From assembly GCA_003222245.1 (NCBI GenBank), contig QHVH01000004.1, positions 67,441 to 131,440 of the forward strand: DNA of 64,000 bases, given 5' to 3'. The notes beneath the pieces were generated by a model that was given only the letters and a program-made list of their open reading frames with translations, ran no database searches and had not been told where the DNA came from. This DNA comes from Blastocatellia bacterium AA13 (lineage in GTDB: Bacteria; Acidobacteriota; Blastocatellia; UBA7656). Below, piece by piece: positions 56,451 through 64,000 of this stretch; positions within the stretch are counted from its first letter, which is position 1, and each line of letters opens with the position of its first letter. The position numbers and the translations under genes are program-made.

Positions 56451-56549
56451 TCGCCACGAATCGAGCTTAGCTCACTCTCTTCTTCAGCTTCTCTGGAACC
56501 ATCCAGTCCATCTGAATCTTACACAGCTCACCTACACAAAGGAGCTCGA

Positions 56550-56864
56550 ATGTTTATAGGTAACGTGACGCTAAAACTGAAAGCGAATACCGCGCCGGAA
56601 TTCAACAGCTTAATTGAAAACGAAATTCTTCCGATGCTTCGCAAGCAGCAAGGCTTTCGCGATGAGGTCACCCTGGTCGCCCCGGAACGGTCCGAGGCAA
56701 TTTTAATCACTTTCTTTGAGTCGAAAGAGAACCTCGAGACCTACAACCGCACCGCATATCCCGAGCTATTAAAGATCGTCGCGAAGGTCGTTGATGGAAC
56801 GCCCAAGACCGAGACCTTTGAGCTTTTCACCTCAACACTCCACAAGCTCGCCGCCAAGGTGTGA
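56550..56864 (+). CDS. Small ABM/Dabb-like (dimeric alpha-beta barrel) protein
   Basis: EILPMLRKQQGFRDEVTL...ITFFESKENLETY; AAGGAG RBS. Confidence 0.7.
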   Translation: MFIGNVTLKLKANTAPEFNSLIENEILPMLRKQQGFRDEVTLVAPERSEAILITFFESKENLETYNRTAYPELLKIVAKVVDGTPKTETFELFTSTLHKLAAKV

Positions 56865-57092
56865 GCCATGCAGGACTATAGGGAGGGCGGATTGACTGCC
56901 CTCTCGACACCCTTCTGCTCTTTGGCAAACAAACGGAGATGCGCCTGGGTCAAACGTGATCCGGGCGGTCAACCGCCTGAAGAGCGGACCATCGTTCACC
57001 TGTTAGAGGCTTCGCCCGAGAATAGTAATCGCCCGCAACCGTTTCCCGCGAATCGCTCGGCCTGCTTCCAACTTCACCAAAGGAAACTCATT

Positions 57093-57386
57093 ATGTCAGC
57101 TAAATTGTATGTTGGTAATCTCTCGTTCGATACGACGAGTGATGAAATACGCGATCTTTTCAGCGAGGTGGGCCCCGTGGAATCGTGCCAGGTGATAACG
57201 GACCGAGACACAGGCCGATCGAAAGGCTTTGGCTTCGTAGAGATGAATTCGACTGCCGAGGCTAGTTCAGCTAAAGCAAAATTCGACGGGCAAGACCTGC
57301 ACGGGCGGACGCTCAAAGTCGATGTGGCGAGACCGAAGATTGAGAGCCGCAACAATGGCGGCGGCTACGGCGGCTTGCGCTACTGA
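57093..57386 (+). CDS. RRM-domain RNA-binding protein
   Basis: RNP2 LYVGNL, RNP1 KGFGFVEM, Gly-rich tail; AAGGA RBS before ATG 57093. Confidence 0.93.
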   Translation: MSAKLYVGNLSFDTTSDEIRDLFSEVGPVESCQVITDRDTGRSKGFGFVEMNSTAEASSAKAKFDGQDLHGRTLKVDVARPKIESRNNGGGYGGLRY

Positions 57387-57525
57387 TTCTACGTGCGACA
57401 TCGGCCCGATTATTGGGCTTTCGCGCACAAAGTCGGCGGGGAAGCGAGCCGGGCTCGCTCCTTCTCACGCCCTCTTTTAAGCATTCGGACAATCCAATAG
57501 AAGGGCCGCGATCAAAGAGGTTTCG

Positions 57526-57804
57526 ATGAAAATTCAAAGTGTCTCGCTGAATATGATGAGAGTATCCGCGGGCGCATTCTCGCGCCCCACGCAGCTCTTC
57601 TGGTTCGTCGCCGCTGCGCTGATCGGGCCGTTTGCCCTTTTGACCTTAGGTGGGAGGCAGTCAAGCAACCTGCCGTGGTTCTTCTGGGCATCAACGTCGC
57701 TCGCCATTTCCACGGTAATTTGCATTGGCTTTTTGAGGTTCGCGAACGAATCTCAAACTGCTGAAGCAATATCCATTAACCCGGACGGCCGCCGACTTAA
57801 ATAA
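57526..57804 (+). CDS. Small hypothetical membrane protein
   Basis: GAGG RBS, two hydrophobic segments. Confidence 0.45.
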   Translation: MKIQSVSLNMMRVSAGAFSRPTQLFWFVAAALIGPFALLTLGGRQSSNLPWFFWASTSLAISTVICIGFLRFANESQTAEAISINPDGRRLK

Positions 57805-58016
57805 CTCTCGATCGCATGGACGTTGGTGATTCGTCCAACGGCAACCCCAATAGGTTCTTTTCAGAAACGTCCAATATTGAACAGAAGTTCACCTGTAAGA
57901 CGGCTTATTCTCTGTGGTGCGTCAGGGTCCTCGGTGTCTATCCAGGGTCAGGTATATGAGGTCCGACTTTCATTCTGGCGAGCGTTCTGCCAACGACGTC
58001 TGACGCAGGGAGGGTA

Positions 58017-58205
58017 GTGCTGATGACTAGTATCTGCGCGTGGTGCCAATCAATCCTCGGCGACACCTCGGAAGAATCTGGCAAATCAAGGCTTGGCAAA
58101 CCGAGCCTTGGAATCTGCAACGAGTGCGAAGCAAAACGGCAACAAAACATTCTTGACATCAAGCGGCAGTTGGGTTGGTCGGCCGCGATGGCCAACTTGT
58201 ACTGA
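58017..58205 (+). CDS. Small CxxC...CxxC (zinc-ribbon-like) protein
   Basis: ICAWCQ and GICNEC; GGAGG upstream. Confidence 0.55.
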   Translation: MLMTSICAWCQSILGDTSEESGKSRLGKPSLGICNECEAKRQQNILDIKRQLGWSAAMANLY

Positions 58206-58706
58206 ACCTGCTGGTGTAGTGCGCCCAACGGATCGTAACTTAAAACCGCCATACTACGATTCGCTCCCTCACCGCCCCTCAGGAAGAATCTAGATTGACT
58301 GTGCCTTGGGCCAGTCCATCGCCCGCCTGGCGAATATTTTTGAGAACTGTTCAATACTGAACTGAAAGCAATTGCGATTGGACGTAGCATCGAAGATGCG
58401 AACCGGAGTTGGGCGTCACCAGAACACCGCGCTGCATTCGCCACCGGGTTTCAAGCCGAGATTGACGCTGTGAGCAGAGGTCAATCCATCGAGAGCTGTG
58501 CGGTGGACCGTTTCAAATCATTGATGACCGGCGGCGGCCATTGAAAATGAGAGGCAGATATGAAGAGAATTTCTTACACCGATGTCCAATACTGGACGGA
58601 AACCGATCTCGAAGAGGCGTAGCATTTGAAATGTAAACCGGAGTCGGGATAGCGCCCTGAGGGGGCCTTCGACACGGAGGATGACCTACATTTAGGAGGT
58701 GGAATT

Positions 58707-58856
58707 ATGCTTTGGACAATCCTGGTTATTCTTTTGATTCTTTGGCTGCTGGGAATGATCGGCGGCATCGGCGGCGGGCTTATTCATCTATTGCTTGTTA
58801 TTGCGGCGATCGTGTTGATCTTCAACCTGCTGAGCGGCCGCAGGAGGCTCGTCTAA
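58707..58856 (+). CDS. lmo0937/DUF5670-like small membrane protein (49 aa; below the ORF-track cutoff)
   Basis: MLWTILVILLILWLLGMIGGIGGGLIHLLLVIAAIVLIFNLLSGRRRLV; AGGAGGT RBS. Confidence 0.88.
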   Translation: MLWTILVILLILWLLGMIGGIGGGLIHLLLVIAAIVLIFNLLSGRRRLV

Positions 58857-59025
58857 GCAAAGCGGAACCCCTCCCTGCAATCAGGAACCGATCGAAGTAA
58901 GGGATCTGATTCGGAATCAGGCAAAGTAGACCCTCATCTGCGAGGCATACGGTCCGCTAGACGGGGCATCGCTACGTCACTTGTCAGAAGTCACGGAGCT
59001 CTAAGAAAGGAAGGAGGGTTCAGAC

Positions 59026-60891
59026 ATGAGCACTCACAGAGGAAGGCTCGGAAGCGTTGTCCTACCACTGGCGATGGTTATGGCATTGGTCGTTCCGGCG
59101 TTAGGACAACGCCTTCTCACGGTACCCGCGGGTACAGTCATTGCACTGAGGATGGATACCTACTTGAGTTCGGATTCCTCACGCGTAGGCGACCGGTTCA
59201 CTGCGACAGTTTTTCGCCCGGTCGTAGTTGATGGCCGGGTAGTTGTCGCGGAGAACACTAAGATAGAAGGGCACGTCACCGGGACTACCCCCACTGAGAG
59301 GCGGAGCAAAGCCGGGACGCTTGCGGTGGGGTTCGACAGAATGGTTTTTTCGACCGGCAGCCCGGTTCAGATCGATGGCACTCTCACAACCCTCAGCGAG
59401 GAAGGGCGGCGCACGATCGAACGGGATATCAGCGACGAAGACAGAATTGAGGGTGGCAGGCAGACTCGGCGCGCGGTGATCTTTATTGGCGGCGGCGCAG
59501 GAGCCGGCGCCGGCGCTGTGATTGGCGCGATGGCCGGGGGCGGCAAGGGTGCTGCTGTGGGGGCGGGCGGCGGCGCAATACTCGGCACAATCGGCGTCTT
59601 ACTGAGCAAGGGTGAGCCGGCAGAAGTGCGGCCCGGCACTGAGTTCGGAATTATGGTAGAGAGTCCAATCACCGTTGAGTCAATCGATGTGGCACGTGAT
59701 CGACGTGATCGAGATGTGCGTGACCCCGACGTCATCGACAACGATACGCCGTCTCAAACTGTTTTGACTTCGGCTGATTCCGTACGTTCGGCTCAAATCG
59801 CTCTCAAGAGCCGGCGCTACTACAATGGCCCGATCAATGGAGTGATGAATCAGACGACGCGGGATGCGATTAACAACTTCCAGCATGACCGTCGCATACC
59901 AATCAGCGGCGAGCTGGACATCGCCACAGCGCGGGCGCTTGGCATACCTGCTGAACCGGCCGGCCCGCCGGCACAGACGATATTCACTTCGGCCGATTCA
60001 ATTCGATTCGCTCAGATAAGTCTGAGAGATCGTGGTTACTACACCGGTCCCATCAATGGAGCGATGAATCAGGCAATGCGCAACGCAATTCGTCAGCTCC
60101 AGCGTGACCGTAACCTCATTACGAACGGCGACCTTGATCTGAGCACGGCTCGCGAGCTGGGGATTGCCAACGATTCCGGCATTGAATCGGCGGCGATTGA
60201 GATCATGAACCCGCGCGCCGAACGCATCGGACCAGGTTCGATTCGCATCAGCGCGGACCTTCACACTCAAGGCAGCGGCTGGCAAGTGTTTGTCAATCGG
60301 TTTGTAACCGGCGACACCTTGCACGTTTATCTGCGCGGAGCGCCGCCGCGCCACTCGACGGGCGCCGCGGTTGATCATCATCCGTTCACCGAGACCTATA
60401 ACGATCTGCCAAATGTGGCGCGGGTAATTATTCACGGTCCTCAGCGTGACTTCACTGCTGACCTGCGTGGGGGAGCGCCCGGTACGGTCGGCGCGACAAG
60501 CATCGGCCATCCTCGCGAGATCTCTCTTCTTGCCAACCGCCTGTTGCAGGATTTTCAGCGAGAGTTGAACATGCGCAACAATCGAGGCCAGGTCATTTTT
60601 GATGCGCGCCACGATCTCAAGTCTAACGAGGTTGAGTTGCTTTTTCAGATAACCAGCCTGCAGGCGGCGGCTGAACTCTACAATCAGATGACTGCGTCGA
60701 TCACTGACCCTGATGCCGTCAAGGGCGCGGCCGGCGGGTTGATGCGGCAGGCGCGTCTCCTCGATCGGATTATGAAGCGGGACACGCAGTCGGCGCTTTC
60801 ATCAACAGTCCGCTCTGACTGGCAGCAGTTGCAGGCGGAGCTTGCCCAAATCAATGTAACGGAATCAAATCTGGATGGAGACATCAGGTAG
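59026..60891 (+). CDS. Secreted protein with TrbI-like beta domain, glycine zipper and two peptidoglycan-binding repeats
   Basis: Signal peptide, VPAGTVI...VGDRFTA, GAGAGAVIGAMAGGGKGAAVG, two AQIxLxxRxYYxGPINGxMNQ...FQ/LQ repeats. Confidence 0.8.
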   Translation: MSTHRGRLGSVVLPLAMVMALVVPALGQRLLTVPAGTVIALRMDTYLSSDSSRVGDRFTATVFRPVVVDGRVVVAENTKIEGHVTGTTPTERRSKAGTLAVGFDRMVFSTGSPVQIDGTLTTLSEEGRRTIERDISDEDRIEGGRQTRRAVIFIGGGAGAGAGAVIGAMAGGGKGAAVGAGGGAILGTIGVLLSKGEPAEVRPGTEFGIMVESPITVESIDVARDRRDRDVRDPDVIDNDTPSQTVLTSADSVRSAQIALKSRRYYNGPINGVMNQTTRDAINNFQHDRRIPISGELDIATARALGIPAEPAGPPAQTIFTSADSIRFAQISLRDRGYYTGPINGAMNQAMRNAIRQLQRDRNLITNGDLDLSTARELGIANDSGIESAAIEIMNPRAERIGPGSIRISADLHTQGSGWQVFVNRFVTGDTLHVYLRGAPPRHSTGAAVDHHPFTETYNDLPNVARVIIHGPQRDFTADLRGGAPGTVGATSIGHPREISLLANRLLQDFQRELNMRNNRGQVIFDARHDLKSNEVELLFQITSLQAAAELYNQMTASITDPDAVKGAAGGLMRQARLLDRIMKRDTQSALSSTVRSDWQQLQAELAQINVTESNLDGDIR

Positions 60892-60978
60892 CGCTGGGCT
60901 AGCAGAGGACGATGGGAAGGAGGTTCTATCCTCCCATCGCCTTGCTTGCGGCGATGAGAAGATTTGATTGGAGGCGCG

Positions 60979-61188
60979 ATGAAACGGGAAATGACAGATT
61001 CGGATGTCGTGGATCTTTACGAAGCGATGCTCTACGAGCGCGCGGCGAAAGGCATCAGGCCGATACTTTATATCTCATCATCCAAGGATTTTGAATGGAG
61101 CGAGCTTATACTGCTGGATAAACCCGCGCATGTCGTAAGCTGGGGAGAACAACAGCCGCCTGCAAGAGGAATCCGCTACAACTCGTGA
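60979..61188 (+). CDS. Small hypothetical protein
   Basis: GGAGG RBS before ATG 60979; no recognisable motif. Confidence 0.35.
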   Translation: MKREMTDSDVVDLYEAMLYERAAKGIRPILYISSSKDFEWSELILLDKPAHVVSWGEQQPPARGIRYNS

Positions 61189-61770
61189 AAAGACTTGAAG
61201 GCTGCTATGGGATGGTGTTGTTCATATTCTCCGCCTTCAAATGCTCTTCAGAAGCCAATCTTCACTGCTTGCGGTAGTAGAAGACAGTTTAGGGCGTTCC
61301 ACGGTGTCGATCTACGCACGACGAATTATTCCGAATCTTGTCCAGTATTGGACAGAAAGACTCCGATAGTCGGCGTATCATCATAGCGGTATCACTGGGC
61401 CTGCGGGCGGGCCGAATGAAGATGCGGAGTGCGAGATGGAGGAAATTGCGGCCATGGCGATGGGAGTGATAATGACCGGAGTGTCCGCAGTAGTTGCCGG
61501 GCCGGCCTTCGAAGCAATGCTCTTGATCCTGAGCTGGGCCCTCCAAGTCGCGCCCCGCGAAATATTAGTGTCATCCGCGGAGCCTTCCGCCGGCCATCTT
61601 GGAGGAGACAGCAGACTATATGCGTAACTCAAGCCGCATTAACAGTCTTGCACTGATCACGACGGCGGCAGGATTTGCGATTTCGTCCGTAGAAACACGA
61701 GTACGATCGTCGCCGTCCGATTGCTGACGAAGCATCGGTATCTCCGATTTAGACCTCTGGAAGGAGAGTT

Positions 61771-62304
61771 ATGCCTCTTAGTGAAGACGTTGAAACAAAC
61801 AGTGTGCTGTTAGACGAAGAGCGCAGACAGGCTTCGCATCAGGAGGTCAAGGCCTCGGTTGATGACGACGTAAACTCCAGCATCAAGCGAGAGTCGGCGC
61901 GAGTCGAGCCAGAGGAATCGGCCGAGGTGGCCGAAGTGGCTCACCAACTAAGACAGAAGTCCGTTCGCGAGGCGGTGGGCACTGAACGCGAGCTGGGGCG
62001 CGGCCGGGCTGCGGCCCGGATTTCACAGGTAGTCGACTACGTTTTCTATCTGATCTACGGCCTGATCGCCCTGGAGTTTATGCTGGGATTGATGGGCGCT
62101 CGCGCCGGCAACGGATTCGTTCAGTTTATAGGCGCCGTCACCGGACCATTGCTCGCCCCATTCGAGCGAATAGTGGGGACTCCGTCGTCCGGAGGATTTC
62201 AAGTTCACATATCTTATTTGTTCGCGCTCGTTGTCTATGTGCTGATTCATCTCGCAATCAATGGTGCATTTCGCTTAGTCGCGCACCGCAAAGTAACAGT
62301 GTAA
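61771..62304 (+). CDS. YggT-like membrane protein with acidic N-terminal extension
   Basis: AAGGAG RBS; YLIYGLIALEFMLGLMGA...FVQFIGAVTGPLLAPF...LFALVVY. Confidence 0.7.
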   Translation: MPLSEDVETNSVLLDEERRQASHQEVKASVDDDVNSSIKRESARVEPEESAEVAEVAHQLRQKSVREAVGTERELGRGRAAARISQVVDYVFYLIYGLIALEFMLGLMGARAGNGFVQFIGAVTGPLLAPFERIVGTPSSGGFQVHISYLFALVVYVLIHLAINGAFRLVAHRKVTV

Positions 62305-62350
62305 GTCTGACTAGATGGGCGTTCGCCAACCTCATCCAGGGAGAGCAGTC

Positions 62351-62977
62351 ATGCGAACAAGATCAATTCGATCAATTGCCGTTGCCGCCGTCACGATACT
62401 GATCATCGCCGGTGCGTTGTACTATATCTATGGTTATCGCCATCGAGACGTCTCGTCGGACTTTGACGCCGCGAAGGAATACTCGGAGGACGCGGCCACC
62501 ACCTCCGCCGTCAAGAGCGCTCTGGCTTTAAATAAACAGCTCTCTTCTTTAGACATCCACGTGAACTCGAGCAACAACCCTGATACAAAGGACAACAATG
62601 TATCTCTAACGGGCCATGTGCCAACCGAAGATGACAAGCGAGTCGCCGAAGAGATCGCGCGCAGCACCAAAGGCGTCGCCAACGTCGTGAACAATCTCGA
62701 GGTCGATTCGCCAGGCCATGGGGCAAGAGCGGACAAGAAGTATGTCCCGGATCTTGAAATCAAAGCCGCGGTCCTGCAGTCCATCCTGAATAATCCGAGT
62801 CTTAAGACTCAGCAGATCGAGGTCGATGTTTACAACGCCGAAGTAAAGCTGAGCGGCAGCGTGCAATCTTCGACACAGAAGGCCGACGCCGAATCGGCCG
62901 CCCGGGCTATCGCCAATGTCCACGGCGTCGATTCACACGCTCTCGCGGTGACGAATAGCGGACTGGAGCAACAATGA
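62351..62977 (+). CDS. Dual BON-domain (OsmY-like) protein
   Basis: DAATTSAVKSAL...VSLTGHV...GVANVVNNL and DLEIKAAV...VKLSGSV...NVHGV. Confidence 0.9.
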   Translation: MRTRSIRSIAVAAVTILIIAGALYYIYGYRHRDVSSDFDAAKEYSEDAATTSAVKSALALNKQLSSLDIHVNSSNNPDTKDNNVSLTGHVPTEDDKRVAEEIARSTKGVANVVNNLEVDSPGHGARADKKYVPDLEIKAAVLQSILNNPSLKTQQIEVDVYNAEVKLSGSVQSSTQKADAESAARAIANVHGVDSHALAVTNSGLEQQ

Positions 62978-63147
62978 AAGTGCGATTGATTAAAGCGGAC
63001 ACATCTCCTCCCACCGAGAAAGACAAACCGCCCCCTGTTGAGGTTCCAATAGTCGATACCATCCAGTCGTGGGTCCGTGACTTCAGATCTGATAAAGCTG
63101 ATAAAGCCCGCTTAGACTCTCGGCAAGTACGCAATCCCTGGACATAA
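62974..63147 (+). CDS. Small hypothetical protein (57 aa; below the ORF-track cutoff)
   Basis: ATGA overlap with the BON gene stop, GGAG upstream; MKVRLIKAD...IVDTIQSWVRDF...NPWT. Confidence 0.5.
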   Translation: MKVRLIKADTSPPTEKDKPPPVEVPIVDTIQSWVRDFRSDKADKARLDSRQVRNPWT

Positions 63148-63368
63148 CCGATGCTTGAGACAAAATGGGCCGGAGGCCTATGCTGGCGAGCGTATTTCCT
63201 GGGCCAGCACACCAGCACACCCCAAATCAAGGCTGCCAATTCTCTAGACGGCAGGGTTAATTGTGGTAGTGGGGACGTCACCCACTGTTATCGCCGGCGT
63301 CTTTGACGCGCTAGTGGTTTCGCGCGACTTCGCGGAACGCGGTCAATGATATCGGGCAGCGAGGATGC

Positions 63369-64000
63369 ATGGACTTCAACCGCAAGAACTTCCTCTGGGC
63401 AACTGCTGCGTTCGCATTATTCTTTTTCAGCGCTTCCTCAGCCTCCGCCCAGATATCACTGGGTACGGCGCAGAGTTTCGGCGTCCTGGCCGGTTCGGCT
63501 GTGACGAATACGGGCGCGACCTCCGTCACCGGAAACCTTGGCGTGAGCCCGGGTACCGCGGTTACCGGGTTTCCTCCGGGCACCGTAACCGGAGGAACGA
63601 TACACCTGAACGATGCGGTCGCATCTCAGGCTCAGAGCGATGTCACTACCGCCTACAATGCCATAGCGGGCACGGCGTGCACTGTCGACTTGACCGGTCA
63701 GGATCTCGGGGGACTCACGCTGACACCCGGGGTCTATTGTTTTTCGTCGTCGGCCCAGTTGACGGGAACACTCACTCTTAACGCACTGGGCAACCCCAAT
63801 TCGCTCTTCATCTTCAAGATCGGCAGCACGCTTACGACCGCGAGCAGCTCGACTGTTCAGGTGATCAATCCAGGAAGTAACTGCAACGTGTTTTGGCAGG
63901 TCGGCAGCTCCGCGACGCTCGGCACAGGCGCCAATTTTGTGGGGAACATTCTGGCGCTCACGAGCATCACGCTCACTACCGGCGCAAACGTCACCGGTAG
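63369..64000 (+). CDS. Ice-binding-like protein (DUF3494), 3'-truncated by window edge
   Basis: Signal peptide MDFNRKNFLWATAAFALFFFSASSASA, then LGTAQSFGVLAGSAVTNTG, DLGGLTLTPGVYCF, FIFKIGSTLTTAS, NVFWQVGSSATLG; absent from the ORF track because it has no stop in the window. Confidence 0.93.
   Translation, partial: MDFNRKNFLWATAAFALFFFSASSASAQISLGTAQSFGVLAGSAVTNTGATSVTGNLGVSPGTAVTGFPPGTVTGGTIHLNDAVASQAQSDVTTAYNAIAGTACTVDLTGQDLGGLTLTPGVYCFSSSAQLTGTLTLNALGNPNSLFIFKIGSTLTTASSSTVQVINPGSNCNVFWQVGSSATLGTGANFVGNILALTSITLTTGANVTG

Noticed and set aside
56881-57479. Hairpins at 56881-56905 and 57443-57459 as intrinsic terminators
   Set aside because: Stems exist but are not directly followed by a U-tract.
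61195-61700. Overlapping short ORFs on both strands, one His-rich
   Set aside because: Mutually conflicting frames with no clear RBS or motif to pick a real gene.

Overview
GC-rich bacterial window (soil Acidobacteriota/Blastocatellia-like by gene content; inference only) with four blocks. (1) 1-22926: the 3' two-thirds of an extracellular contractile injection system (eCIS, Afp/PVC-like) operon: tail-assembly chaperone with a candidate -1 frameshift cassette into a DUF6760-like ORF, possible tape measure, tube-initiator/LysM, split hub (gpD) and spike (gpV), PAAR, gp25, two baseplate J-like proteins with unusual insertions, four paralogous fibre/shoulder-like proteins, an NHL-propeller/gpI fusion, two DUF4157 cargo proteins each with a second, different zinc-protease motif, separated by a hairpin-rich MITE-like element, and a closely linked divergent Lgt-like gene. 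Sheath, tube, cap and AAA-ATPase genes are not in the window and presumably lie upstream. (2) 23175-26349: PQQ-type beta-propeller and a lower-GC, frameshifted AlbA_2/ATP-binding gene. (3) 27277-56015: a Wzx/Wzy-dependent polysaccharide operon (Wza, Wzc, Wzx, Wzy, ligase-like, 8 glycosyltransferases, 3 FkbM methyltransferases, amidotransferase, carbamoyltransferase, GDP-mannose 3,5-epimerase, WecA) ending in a QQSG-repeat surface protein. (4) 56422-64000: small stress-type genes (ABM-like, RRM, lmo0937-like, PG-binding, YggT-like, BON) and a DUF3494 ice-binding protein running off the right edge. No rRNA, tRNA or CRISPR array was seen. All family calls come from motif recognition by eye, not database searches.
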